This document shows, in pieces, positions 1 to 9,196 of a stretch of 51,165 nt of DNA (its first letter is position 1; each line of letters starts with the position of its first letter). The notes below the pieces were generated by a model. The model did no database searches and was not told where the DNA came from. It worked only from the letters and a program-made list of their open reading frames with translations. The stretch is from a virus. Its lineage: Duplodnaviria; Caudoviricetes. The stretch lies in IMG/VR virus record IMGVR_UViG_3300011442_000012, positions 1 to 51,165 of that record; one strand, given 5' to 3'. The translations under genes and the position numbers were made by a program.

Positions 1-1140
1 AAAGGAGGCAAGCTCCAGCGCACGAGTGATACGCTTTTCGGGAAGCAGGGCAAGACTGCCAAGCATCGAGCCGTCGAGGAGCACGCACGGCAGGTCTTGA
101 AGAAGCAGCGTGCCGGTTACGTCGAGGCCGAAGCCAAAGCCAAGTCCGTCCGGCTGGAGGAATTGAAAGTCGATATTGATTTCAACCGGCTCCCTCGGAC
201 CTTCGCACCGGCCAAGCCGATCCGTGAAATTGATTTGGTCGAGGCTCGTCGGCTGGACAAAGACCGGAAGCTCTACATCCAACGCAAGCGGGATGGCATG
301 CGGCACTACATCGTCTGCGGCCTCGATGGAAAAATCCGGGTCTTCTCCCGAGGCATGGATGATCTTACCGAGCATTTCGCACGATACATCCAGGAACTCA
401 CGCTCCCTCCGGGGACGATTCTCGATGCGGAATTTGTGGTCACCACTCCCGAGGGAGCCGATGACTTCACGGCCGTGTCGGAGATCTGTCGATCGAAGGA
501 GGGGCGTGCCCGTCAGACGATGGTGGCGTACGAGCGGAACGGGAGTGAGATGCGATTCTTCGTATTCGATCTGCTCTTTTACGATCGGTTGCCCACGTGG
601 CAGCTGCCGTACGAGAAGCGGTACACCGGCCTCGTGGAAGTTCTCGACAAGGCTCACGGGAAAGGACGCACGCATTTCTATCACGTGGTCCCCATGCCAC
701 TCTTGATCAATGGTCTGGTCCGGAGTATGGAGCAGCTAAAGAAGCGTGTGTGGGAAGGCCTCGTGCTCTGGCGCAAGGATCAGGCGACGCAGGTGCGAAT
801 GAATCGGGCACCGGCTCGGGTCAACTGCTACAAACTCAAGTTCATGCAGGAGGAAGATTTCATCGCGACCGGATACGATCTCGGGAAGGGAAAGAATGCC
901 AAGGTGGTTGGAGCCTTGAACCTGATGGTCTACAAGAAGACCGACAAGGGAACCACAGTCAAGATGCTCCTCGGAAACGTGGGCACCGGCCTCGACGACA
1001 AGACCCGGTCTGAGGCCTTGCGATGGACCTACCCGTGCGTGGTGCAGGTACGGTACGAGAAGATGTCGGATACCGGTTTGCGGTTCCCGGCCTTTCTCAG
1101 AAAGCGAGACGACAAGCAGCCGAAGGAATGCACCCTCTAG
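1..1140 (+). CDS. lig: ATP-dependent DNA ligase (5'-truncated by the window edge)
   Basis: Motif I RKRDGMR, LDAEF, FFVFDLL, WEGLVL, YKLK, and OB-fold GNVGTG...GLRFP..LRKRDDK. The frame is open back to base 1 (KGGKLQRTSD...KKQRAGY). Confidence 0.93.
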   Translation, partial: KGGKLQRTSDTLFGKQGKTAKHRAVEEHARQVLKKQRAGYVEAEAKAKSVRLEELKVDIDFNRLPRTFAPAKPIREIDLVEARRLDKDRKLYIQRKRDGMRHYIVCGLDGKIRVFSRGMDDLTEHFARYIQELTLPPGTILDAEFVVTTPEGADDFTAVSEICRSKEGRARQTMVAYERNGSEMRFFVFDLLFYDRLPTWQLPYEKRYTGLVEVLDKAHGKGRTHFYHVVPMPLLINGLVRSMEQLKKRVWEGLVLWRKDQATQVRMNRAPARVNCYKLKFMQEEDFIATGYDLGKGKNAKVVGALNLMVYKKTDKGTTVKMLLGNVGTGLDDKTRSEALRWTYPCVVQVRYEKMSDTGLRFPAFLRKRDDKQPKECTL

Positions 1141-1180
1141 GTACCGGGTCGAAACGAAAGCAGCAGCAGAAGGAGGAGGA

Positions 1181-1573
1181 ATGAATCTCAAGGAGTGGGC
1201 ACGAAAGCTCTACAAGGCCGCACGAGCCTTGGAAGATGTCATTGGTGAGGATCTCTTTCCAGATTCGAACCGACAGGAGACGCATGGCAAGGTCGCCATT
1301 CAGATCCATGACACCATGGTCCAGCAGATGAAGGGAAAGAAGCACGCCAGCAATGGCCGCAATCGGCCGGGAGGCTTCACCGACCGAGAGCGTCAAGTCA
1401 TGCGCGTACTTCGATCCCGTGGACCCATGCTCGGGAGAGACGTGATCGCAGCGATTGGTATCCCGAACGGGAAGGGTACGCACATCTACAAAATCCTCAG
1501 CCGGTTGGAAGATCGAAAGCTGGTCCGACAGCTGAAGAATCGTCAATTCAAATCCACCGGAAAGGAGGAGTAG
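1181..1573 (+). CDS. winged-helix DNA-binding protein
   Basis: Strong RBS (aaggaggagg). The C-terminal FTDRERQVMRVL...IYKILSRLEDRKLVR pattern is typical of wHTH domains. Confidence 0.65.
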   Translation: MNLKEWARKLYKAARALEDVIGEDLFPDSNRQETHGKVAIQIHDTMVQQMKGKKHASNGRNRPGGFTDRERQVMRVLRSRGPMLGRDVIAAIGIPNGKGTHIYKILSRLEDRKLVRQLKNRQFKSTGKEE

Positions 1574-1577
1574 ATAA

Positions 1578-1766
1578 GTGGCGGATAAGATTCGGCGTCA
1601 GAAGCCGTTGCGTGGGGAGCGGAGAGAGCGTCTCACGCCGTATGTCATCAAGGAGATTGAGCATGCGGTGCAGAGGGAAGCTGACCGCCACGGAGTAACA
1701 CCGTCGTTCGTAGTGTGCGTGCGGCTCGCAGCGTCGTACGGAATCAAACGGCAAGAGCAGTACTAA
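1578..1766 (+). CDS. small ribbon-helix-helix-like protein
   Basis: GTG start after aggaggag. Strand-helix-G-helix pattern RLTPYV...AVQREADRHGVTPSFVV. Confidence 0.45.
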   Translation: MADKIRRQKPLRGERRERLTPYVIKEIEHAVQREADRHGVTPSFVVCVRLAASYGIKRQEQY

Positions 1767-1789
1767 CCTCGGAACAAAGGAGTAGTCAC

Positions 1790-2005
1790 ATGGCCAAGAA
1801 GAGCATCGGCAAGAACATCGAGTACGAGATCAGCGGAAGCAAACTCACGCTCACGGTGGATCTCTCCAAGGACTTCGGTCCGTCGGCGTCAGGCAAGACG
1901 ATCATCATTGCCAGCAGCCAAGGGAACAAGGAGGTGGGCGACGTGCGGGTCGGTCTCAACATCTACAAGTACGCCGACGCGAAACCCGCGAAAGCCAAGA
2001 AGTAG
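1790..2005 (+). CDS. small beta-rich basic protein
   Basis: RBS aaggag, ATG at 1790. LTLTVDLSKDFGPSASGKTIIIAS..GN resembles a conserved hypothetical family. Confidence 0.6.
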   Translation: MAKKSIGKNIEYEISGSKLTLTVDLSKDFGPSASGKTIIIASSQGNKEVGDVRVGLNIYKYADAKPAKAKK

Positions 2006-2011
2006 GATCGC

Positions 2012-2458
2012 ATGAAGCTCTCGGAGACTTGGTTGCGCCAGCTGGCCGGTCTCCGGGAGCCTTTACCCGGTGACCCTAGCTGGAAGCACACGGCCATTCA
2101 TGTTCAAAGAGGAAGGAGGTGGAAGCGTATGGATTGTGACACGTGCGGCCGCACAACGATCATCGAAGAAAAACAGCCGGACGGAACGGTGCATTGCCCC
2201 GAATGCATTTCGCATTTGAAAGGTCAGCACCCACCGCGATGTGCGGCCTGCCGGATTGAAGCTCTTCCTGGATTCAACCTCGGGAAAGTGTCACGGCTCT
2301 CGGACGATGAGATGCTTATGGCCTTGTGGTTCTTTGAGAAAGGTGACATCTGCTGGCGAAGTCTCGATGGACGGCAACTCGTGGTGATCCCCGGCTCAGG
2401 GAGAGAGGCCTACGGCCTCCTTGTCGATGAAAACGGTTGGTGCAAACGTCGGCAATAA
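2012..2458 (+). CDS. hypothetical Zn-finger protein
   Basis: Three CxxC pairs (CDTC, CPEC, CAAC). Confidence 0.55.
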   Translation: MKLSETWLRQLAGLREPLPGDPSWKHTAIHVQRGRRWKRMDCDTCGRTTIIEEKQPDGTVHCPECISHLKGQHPPRCAACRIEALPGFNLGKVSRLSDDEMLMALWFFEKGDICWRSLDGRQLVVIPGSGREAYGLLVDENGWCKRRQ

Positions 2459-2952
2459 ATCCGCCACGCTTAACTCGCTGTCTCTGCTGGAGATAAAAAC
2501 TTTCCCGTTGGAGCCGCAGTTGACGCATAATTCCGGCTCCGTTCGACAGCAGCAGACGACGCAGATGCAGCAGGTTGGAGAAAGGTTCAATGAAGTTTCG
2601 ACTTCAGCACTCGGGACGTGCGGAGCCACGGTCCACGATTACGTTTTCCCGAAGGAGGAGCATCCCACTCAAACGCGCATTGTACATGCGACCGATTCGA
2701 CCGGTCGTGGTCGGCGGTGTCAAGCTCTATCAGGGTACGCCCATTGGCAAGTCTCTGATCTTGATGCTCAAATGCGGTCACGTCGAAATCGTTCCTCAGC
2801 ATCCAAAGGTGCTACGCAAGCTCGTCCGATGTCCCATGTGCATCCGGCTCTGGACCGAACGGGAAGAGGAGCGTCGAGCGTCCGAAAAGAAAGATCGTGC
2901 CCGGAACAAGAAAGTAACTCAACAACGACAGCAGATCGAGGAGATGACTGAC

Positions 2953-3300
2953 ATGGCCAAGAAGACGAAGAAGCAGGCGACGAAGTCCGAGGACCGGCGT
3001 GGTCGGAAGCTGATCGAGTACGTGAAGGCTCCGAAGGCCGATCTGGAAAAGAAACACGTCCTGCGGATCGTGCACGATGCGGCGAAGAAGGTGAAGAGCG
3101 GGACGGTCGCCGATATCACCGAAATGGCGGTCAAGCTCGGGTTGGCCAAGGCCACCGGACAGGATCCGCTCCAGCAGACCGGTGTCATGCTCAACCGGCT
3201 GGCCGCGATGGGGTCCGTCAAGAAGATCGGGTCCTCGACCGCGAAGCCGAAGGCCGGGAAGAAGAGCGGAAAGAAATTCGTCCTCAAGACGAAGAAGTAG
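2953..3300 (+). CDS. Lys-rich winged-helix-like (histone-H1-like) DNA-binding protein
   Basis: RBS gaggag before MAKKTKK. Basic tails flank a helical core. The frame is open upstream to about 2590 and includes a CGH..CPMC segment. Confidence 0.6.
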   Translation: MAKKTKKQATKSEDRRGRKLIEYVKAPKADLEKKHVLRIVHDAAKKVKSGTVADITEMAVKLGLAKATGQDPLQQTGVMLNRLAAMGSVKKIGSSTAKPKAGKKSGKKFVLKTKK

Positions 3301-3311
3301 CACCCTCGTCG

Positions 3312-3416
3312 GAGTCTGGGATCATCCATGGCTACCCGCAAGAAGCCGCGTGTAACGCGAGAGCCGCACACCGGAGGCTTTCCACTCTCGTGGTTCATGG
3401 ATGATCCCCTCGGCTC
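3312..3416 (+). ncRNA. candidate structured RNA (multi-hairpin junction)
   Basis: Perfect 13-bp inverted repeat gggatcatccatg (3318-3330) / catggatgatccc (3396-3408) enclosing four small hairpins. Confidence 0.55.
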
Positions 3417-3512
3417 TTGTCTCACCTAAGCACTCACCTTCACCCGCAGCAACAGCCAAAGTTTTAGCGTGGCCGCATCGCACGATCTGTCGATGGCCCG
3501 AGGAAAAGTCAC

Positions 3513-3875
3513 ATGACAAACACTGACCGCATGGTCGGGACGGTGTCGGGGATCAAGAGAGAACGCGGGTTCTTCTTTATCTGCGGACCGGACAACCGGG
3601 ACTACTTCGCACTAGCGACGGATCTCCCGAATCACCAGTCGCTGAACTCGTTGACCCACCGTGTCACCTGTATCGAGTTCACGCCGGAGGAGCGGCCGAA
3701 AGGTCCAGCCGCGATCAACCTCCGGGTGCTCACTCCCAAGGAGGCCGATGAGCTAATCGGAACGCTCAAGGCGCAACAACGGCAGTCGGAAACTACAGAA
3801 GAAGAAGAAGCGGCCATGCTCCAGAAGGCGACAGAGCAGCAGACAAAGGACATTGAAGAAAGGTTCCGAAAATGA
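3513..3875 (+). CDS. cold-shock domain protein
   Basis: GTVSGIKRERGFFFI...DYFALATDL...IEFT..ERPKGPAAINLR matches the CSD/OB pattern. Acidic helical tail. Confidence 0.8.
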   Translation: MTNTDRMVGTVSGIKRERGFFFICGPDNRDYFALATDLPNHQSLNSLTHRVTCIEFTPEERPKGPAAINLRVLTPKEADELIGTLKAQQRQSETTEEEEAAMLQKATEQQTKDIEERFRK

Positions 3876-4069
3876 GATTCGTGTTTCTTCTTGGCATCAC
3901 CCTCATTCATTATTCCGAATGTGATGCCCCAGATGCTCAAATGAAACAGCGTCAAGCGATCGTTGATCTCTGCGAAGCTCGTGGCGGCGTTCCGATCGTC
4001 AACGATCTTGGTGACAACATTCTCCGGTGCGATTTTCCCCTGCACCAAGCGGAGGTAGAAAAGCGATGA
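3872..4069 (+). CDS. small hypothetical protein, hydrophobic N-terminus
   Basis: ATGA overlap with the upstream gene. Confidence 0.5.
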   Translation: MRFVFLLGITLIHYSECDAPDAQMKQRQAIVDLCEARGGVPIVNDLGDNILRCDFPLHQAEVEKR

Positions 4070-4437
4070 GGATTATACTCGCTCTTGTTCTCCTGCTTAC
4101 GGCTCTCCCGGCTGCGGCTCAGAGCCGCATGTTCACGGACGCCGATCTCCGCAAGCCGATGACGTGGTCGGCTCCTCCTCCTTCAGCTGAAACCCTGCAA
4201 GGCCTCAAGGACCGAGCCTACGTGGCTTCCCGGCCACGCTCTCCCGGTCCGCTGGTCGCCAGTACCAGCAGCCGTGGGCCGAGCCTCGGACCATGGGAAT
4301 GGCCGGAGCCAAGGCCGGACCGGAGGTTGGACGGCTCCCTGCTCACCGACGCTCCGTGGACCATGTTTTCGGTACCCTACTGGCCGTGGCCATCGTATCC
4401 CGTCAATCGTTCCTTCCCCACCAGACCGAAGCCTTAG
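4066..4437 (+). CDS. putative secreted Pro-rich protein
   Basis: RBS ggagg and ATGA overlap. Signal peptide MRIILALVLLLTALPAAA-Q. Confidence 0.55.
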   Translation: MRIILALVLLLTALPAAAQSRMFTDADLRKPMTWSAPPPSAETLQGLKDRAYVASRPRSPGPLVASTSSRGPSLGPWEWPEPRPDRRLDGSLLTDAPWTMFSVPYWPWPSYPVNRSFPTRPKP

Positions 4438-5738
4438 CCTACGCCCATCGGCGTAAGGCGATCGGCCTCTTTCTCGAAATGCGTCTCGGAAAAACTCCGG
4501 TGACTATACGCTGGATGCGCCAGCAGAAGAGGCCGAAGAAAGTGCTACTCATCGCTCCGCTAGACGTGCTCCCCGGCATGCAATGGGAAGCCGAGATCAA
4601 GCGGGAAGGGGAGTGGCCCGTCTACATGTGGCCGAGTGAGAAGCCGGGGATCTGGTTGCCAGCTGCGGAGCACAACACGGCCGGATGGTACGGTGTCAAC
4701 TACGAGGCCGTGCGCAGCCGTCCGGAGATCCTCGACTTCTCATGGGACTGTATCGTGCTTGACGAGAGCACCAAGATCCGAAATCCGAAAGCTCAGATTA
4801 CGAAACTTCTCCTCAACAACACGAGTCACATTCGCTATCGTGCGATTCTTTCCGGGTTGCCCAACCCAGAGTCCCCGTTAGATCTCTTCTGCCAGATGAA
4901 ATTCCTCCACGGCTCCTTCCTTGGATACGATAATTTTTGGGCGTTCCGACAAGCCAAGTTTACGCAGGTCGGCTACCGCTGGATTCCAAGGAGGGGTGTC
5001 ATCAACGAGATCAAGGAGGAGATCCATCGCTCCTGCTTCATCCGCTCCCAGAAGCAGGTCGGCATGAAAAACCGGATGGTATTCGAACGCCGCTACTGCT
5101 TCATGGAGCCAGCACAGAAGCGATTGCAGAAGGAGATCGAGACAGACTTTACCGCTGGAGAGTCCAGCACGAAATGGGCACCGGTTCAGCATCTCTGGCT
5201 CTCTCGCTTGGCCGGAGGATTCAGCCCTACGAAGATGCTCATCTCCGATTCGAAACTCCGGCTACTCAAGCGAGTGATCACCGAAGAATTTCCGAAACGT
5301 AGAATGGTGATTTGGTTTCGATTCAACAATGAGATCTCGGTGGCTCGAGACCTGCTCCGTGATGCCGGGGTGAAGCTGGCCGTGATCCGAGGGAAAACAC
5401 CGAAGTGGAAGCGTCCCAAGATCCAGAAGGACTTTCATCGAGGGAAGTATCGTATCCTACTCATGCAAGAGAAGGTTGGTCAGTTTGGTCTTAACCTCTC
5501 GTGTGCCAGCATTGCGGTCTACTTCTCGAATGTCTGGGATCAGGAAGTTCGAGCACAGAGCCAGCAGCGCATCGCGCACATGATGAAGAAGGTGCCACTT
5601 TTATTTCTAGATTTGGTCACGCAAGGTTCGATTGATGAAGCCGTGCTCGATGCCTTGCAGGATAAGAAGCGGGAGAGCCGTCGGTTCCTCCGAGCCGTGA
5701 TGAGCACGTGGATCGAGCAACTGAGGAAGGCCGCATGA
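4386..5738 (+). CDS. SNF2-family helicase
   Basis: Q motif LPHQ, EMRLGKT, VLDES, LSGLP, GLNL, QSQQRIAH. Start uncertain: GTG 4386 chosen, frame open from 4293. Confidence 0.9.
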   Translation: MAIVSRQSFLPHQTEALAYAHRRKAIGLFLEMRLGKTPVTIRWMRQQKRPKKVLLIAPLDVLPGMQWEAEIKREGEWPVYMWPSEKPGIWLPAAEHNTAGWYGVNYEAVRSRPEILDFSWDCIVLDESTKIRNPKAQITKLLLNNTSHIRYRAILSGLPNPESPLDLFCQMKFLHGSFLGYDNFWAFRQAKFTQVGYRWIPRRGVINEIKEEIHRSCFIRSQKQVGMKNRMVFERRYCFMEPAQKRLQKEIETDFTAGESSTKWAPVQHLWLSRLAGGFSPTKMLISDSKLRLLKRVITEEFPKRRMVIWFRFNNEISVARDLLRDAGVKLAVIRGKTPKWKRPKIQKDFHRGKYRILLMQEKVGQFGLNLSCASIAVYFSNVWDQEVRAQSQQRIAHMMKKVPLLFLDLVTQGSIDEAVLDALQDKKRESRRFLRAVMSTWIEQLRKAA

Positions 5739-5983
5739 GAGAAATCTACATCTGCCGGAATTGTGCGTCGCCACATGTGGAGCGGGAATCGGCACCGCAG
5801 AATTGCGACATATGCTTCTCCTGCTCATGGCTGATTATCAGTGAAAATATTTGGGATCTCATGCGGCTCTTTCCCTCAGAACGAGAGGCCGCGCATCAAG
5901 CTCGGATGTTCACCGTGCGTTGGCAAAAGGTCGGTGCACCCTTGGCGTCCCTCCATGCCCGTCGTCCGCAAACATTCGCGTGA
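5735..5983 (+). CDS. small Zn-ribbon protein
   Basis: YICRNC...CDIC. ATGA overlap. Confidence 0.5.
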   Translation: MREIYICRNCASPHVERESAPQNCDICFSCSWLIISENIWDLMRLFPSEREAAHQARMFTVRWQKVGAPLASLHARRPQTFA

Positions 5984-6179
5984 GCTTCCACGGCCACGCA
6001 TCCCGCTTCCACACCATCCCTGTCCCTGCACATCCAAACATGAGTTCTGGTGTCGCAACCGAACCGCGTTCAAGGACATGGTATGCTTGGACTGTTTCAT
6101 CACCTGTAAAGGAGAGAGCCACACGCCACGGTATGCCCGCATCCGCAAAAGAAGGAGCCTCACATGGAAGAGAGTATGA
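5955..6179 (+). CDS. small Cys/His-rich hypothetical protein
   Basis: CPC..H..C...CLDC...C. The stop overlaps ATG 6176 of the next gene. Confidence 0.4.
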   Translation: MPVVRKHSRELPRPRIPLPHHPCPCTSKHEFWCRNRTAFKDMVCLDCFITCKGESHTPRYARIRKRRSLTWKRV

Positions 6180-6529
6180 CGTTCGACAGATTACGACGAA
6201 CCAACGCGGAGCGATGCGAACAATTCCATCCACTTGATTCATGGCTTCCCTCGCAGTGGTCCAATGCCATGGCCGGGGAATGTGGTGAGACCTGCAATCT
6301 CACCAAGAAGATGGACCGGGTCTGGCCATCGAATCAATTCAAAGTGGCCATGAACAAAACTGAAGATCAACGTATGGAAGATCTCATCGCCCACTGCGGC
6401 CGGGAGATCGGTGACGTAATTCTCTACGCGGATCTTCTGTGCTCCCGGCTCGGCCTCAAGCTCGAAGACTGCGTACGAGAGAGCTTCAACCAGAAGTCCG
6501 ATGAACTCAGCATCGATGTTCACTTGTGA
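6164..6529 (+). CDS. MazG-like nucleotide pyrophosphohydrolase
   Basis: AMAGECGETCNLTKK ... EIGDVILY...L...LGLKLEDCV..SFN, the all-alpha NTP-PPase motif. Confidence 0.85.
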   Translation: MEESMTFDRLRRTNAERCEQFHPLDSWLPSQWSNAMAGECGETCNLTKKMDRVWPSNQFKVAMNKTEDQRMEDLIAHCGREIGDVILYADLLCSRLGLKLEDCVRESFNQKSDELSIDVHL

Positions 6530-7014
6530 GAACCTTACTCTCGTTGGATCCCGGTCTGACCGGTACCGGATGGGCTCTCTGGTACGATGCGAAAGAGCCA
6601 GAGCAGATCGGCGTGCTCAAGGCCACCGGAAAAGAGGAGTGGTGGGAGCGTGCGCAGATCATCGCCGATCAGGTTGTGGCTCTCTGCGATGTGCGCACTC
6701 GCGTGGTTTCTGAGTTCACCGAGTACCACGCAGCTGCCACATCGAACATGGGATGGCGTACGGGTGATCTTCAACGACTGACCTTTCTCTGCGGAGCGAT
6801 CGCCGGACGGGTCTACCCTAAACCGTTCACCCCGGTAACCACCTCTGGATGGAAAGGCCAGCTACCCAAGGACGTGGCCGCTCGGAGAGTGGAAACGATC
6901 CTTGGCTCCAAAGCGTGCCGGCGTCTTGGCCTTCCTGAAATCAAGCGGCACTCTGACACCCACGCATGGGACGCTGTCGGTATCGGTCTGTGGGCACTCG
7001 GGAGGTTTGAGTAA
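6526..7014 (+). CDS. RuvC-like Holliday junction resolvase
   Basis: LSLDPGLTGTGWA, VVSE, WK..LPKD, HAWDAVGIG. Confidence 0.85.
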   Translation: MRTLLSLDPGLTGTGWALWYDAKEPEQIGVLKATGKEEWWERAQIIADQVVALCDVRTRVVSEFTEYHAAATSNMGWRTGDLQRLTFLCGAIAGRVYPKPFTPVTTSGWKGQLPKDVAARRVETILGSKACRRLGLPEIKRHSDTHAWDAVGIGLWALGRFE

Positions 7015-8036
7015 TGGCAAAGATCATTCCACTTCTACCAGTGGACGTGAAGCGATACGACCCCACTGTGGATGGCGTCACCTTCTCGCTGCTTCAGAAG
7101 TTCAAGAATTGCCGGGAGGCCGCACGGCTCTACCTGAAAGGGTGGAAGAGTAAGAATACCGGCATGGGTCGCGTGTTCGGGACCATCACGCATTCTCTGA
7201 TCCAGAAAGTGTACGAAGATATCCGAGCCGGGAAGCTGACGTCGGCTCCCTCGGAAGCGTACTGCAAGAAGCACATTGCCAGGATCGACGCTCAGTGGCG
7301 AGCCGACAACCCCAAGGCTGATGCGACGAGTCTCGAGCGATTAGAAGTCACGTGCATCTTGGCCGAGGCCGTGCTACCGGCCTACTTCAAATACTGGGAA
7401 AAAGATTACCGGGTAAAGTGGGAGAAGCCGGAAACGGTCTTTAAGCATAAGTTCGTCGTCGAGCACCGCCACAGCAAAGAGCGAATGAAGACCTTCCTCC
7501 GTGGCAAGATGGATGCCAGCTTTTTCAACGAAGGGAAGTCCCGTCCGTGGCTGCTCGAAACCAAGACGAAGAGCCGTATCGGGGAGGAGGGTGAGAGCAA
7601 CCTGACGGATATCTTGCCACACGAAATGCAGGTGGGGATCTATCTGATGATCCTGTCCATCTTGCACGGAGGTAAGACACCGGGAGGCCTGCTCTACAAC
7701 ATCGTGCGACGACCCACGTCCAAGCCAAAGAAGAATGAGAGCTTCAAAACGTTCGCCCACCGCATCGCTGCCGATGTGCGGAAGCGACCGGACTACTATT
7801 TCCTCCGGCTTCGCATGACGGTGGACAAGGAAGATCTCTATCGGCGGAAGCAGGAACTAGAGGACGTCGTATCCGACTTCCTCATGTGGTGGAAGGGCGA
7901 TGTCGGCCATTACAAAAATTCCGACTACTGCGAAAACAAATACGGAGCCTGCGAGTATCTCCCGATCTGTGGACGAGGAGATCGCAGCAAGCATTACCGC
8001 ACCCCGCAAATCTTTTCTGAATTGGAGGAGCAGTGA
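7014..8036 (+). CDS. PD-(D/E)XK exonuclease (RecB/Cas4-like)
   Basis: TFS.LQKFKNC, FGTITH, PE, LRGKMD, LLETKT, Q..IY, and C-terminal C..C...C. Confidence 0.85.
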   Translation: MAKIIPLLPVDVKRYDPTVDGVTFSLLQKFKNCREAARLYLKGWKSKNTGMGRVFGTITHSLIQKVYEDIRAGKLTSAPSEAYCKKHIARIDAQWRADNPKADATSLERLEVTCILAEAVLPAYFKYWEKDYRVKWEKPETVFKHKFVVEHRHSKERMKTFLRGKMDASFFNEGKSRPWLLETKTKSRIGEEGESNLTDILPHEMQVGIYLMILSILHGGKTPGGLLYNIVRRPTSKPKKNESFKTFAHRIAADVRKRPDYYFLRLRMTVDKEDLYRRKQELEDVVSDFLMWWKGDVGHYKNSDYCENKYGACEYLPICGRGDRSKHYRTPQIFSELEEQ

Positions 8037-8233
8037 ATCTCATTGAAGGTATTCAGCAAGAGTGCAACCGGGTACGAGAAGCTATCCCGCACTACGAGGA
8101 GTTAGGAGCCGTGGGCGTGTTTGGAGCCACCATGCTCAAGGCTGCGGTGAAAGAGGGTGAAGATGCGATCGCGTCAGGCGACGTACCTCGCATGCTGCAC
8201 GCCTTCAGAGAATTACAGGAGTGCAAGGAATGA
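8033..8233 (+). CDS. small helical hypothetical protein
   Basis: RBS ggaggag, overlapping start and stop on both sides. Confidence 0.6.
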   Translation: MNLIEGIQQECNRVREAIPHYEELGAVGVFGATMLKAAVKEGEDAIASGDVPRMLHAFRELQECKE

Positions 8234-9078
8234 GATTGCATTTCGCGCACGTGGTCTGCCTCGGAGGAGGCATGGTTGGTCAACTCCTCCAGTTGTCCGT
8301 TCCCTCCGTCCGGCTGCTGGACTCGAGACGTCAAGCACCAAAGGATCACCTTGATACCAGAGTGGGTCCGCAGTATTTATGGGAACCGATTCCGGATTGT
8401 CCGTCGGAACGGTTCTGGGTTCGTACGCTCGTGGACAGCTGCCCACCCACACGGGCGTCCATCCTCGCGTACAAGAAGAAGATCGGGAAGGAGCAGGATG
8501 GCGGCGACTGGGGTTTGCAGTTTCAACCCAAGATGGTTGGATGGCGGAGCGAACTTCCGGTGCCTCGGGTCGAGTACAATCGCCAAGTGACGAAAATCCT
8601 GGTGACCGAACGCTCGCTGCTCTTTCGGGACGGCTCCCGCATTGATTACGACCTGCTGCTGAGCACCATTCCACTTCCAGCTTTCATCGCATTGTGCGAT
8701 GTCCCACCGCTGGTGCACACTCCCTTCCGATCTGATCCAATCCATATGCTCTCGGAGAAGGATAACGTCCCAGTGAGGGGCATGATCTTCAACTACATCT
8801 CTCGGCCGGAGGTGCCGTTCTATCGGGAGACCTACGTCGAGGACCGAATCTATTACGAGAGCCTGACCGAAATCACGGCTACGAAGTTCAAGCATTCGGA
8901 CCCGGTGATTCTGAATCCTGGTAAAATCCATCCGCATGCGGAGAGCGAACGGATCGTGAAAGGTCTCCAACATTTTGGCATCCATTGTTTCGGCCGATAC
9001 GGCACGTGGAGGCCGGACGAACTGGCACATCAGACGTGGCAACAAATTGCCGCGTGGCGAATGGAGGTGGACACATGA
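8230..9078 (+). CDS. FAD/NAD(P)-binding oxidoreductase, UDP-galactopyranose-mutase/HemY-like
   Basis: VVCLGGGMVG Rossmann loop, VGPQYLW, YDLLLSTIPLP, and terminal IHCFGRYGTW. Confidence 0.75.
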   Translation: MRLHFAHVVCLGGGMVGQLLQLSVPSVRLLDSRRQAPKDHLDTRVGPQYLWEPIPDCPSERFWVRTLVDSCPPTRASILAYKKKIGKEQDGGDWGLQFQPKMVGWRSELPVPRVEYNRQVTKILVTERSLLFRDGSRIDYDLLLSTIPLPAFIALCDVPPLVHTPFRSDPIHMLSEKDNVPVRGMIFNYISRPEVPFYRETYVEDRIYYESLTEITATKFKHSDPVILNPGKIHPHAESERIVKGLQHFGIHCFGRYGTWRPDELAHQTWQQIAAWRMEVDT

Positions 9079-9194
9079 GAGTCGTGCTCTACGCATTCAT
9101 TGGCGTGGTCCTCGGCCTGCTGGCGTTCTTGTTGCTCGTCTGGTTGATGGAACACGTGCCCGGCTTCTATCAACTCTGGACAGGACAGGGTTAG
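9075..9194 (+). CDS. 39-aa single-TM peptide
   Basis: RBS ggaggt and ATGA overlap. Hydrophobic VVLYAFIGVVLGLLAFLLLVWL. Confidence 0.55.
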   Translation: MRVVLYAFIGVVLGLLAFLLLVWLMEHVPGFYQLWTGQG

Positions 9195-9196
9195 TC

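Noticed and set aside
3312-3416. tRNA
   Set aside because: Cloverleaf-like, but no TTC T-loop, no D-loop GG and wrong stem lengths.
7014-8036. Cas4 / CRISPR locus
   Set aside because: No repeat-spacer array or other cas genes. It fits a phage recombination exonuclease with the Sak4-like ATPase and SSB.
8975-9196. N-terminal extension of the dUTPase-HAD ORF
   Set aside because: It overlaps two better-supported genes. ATG 9197 fits the gene packing.
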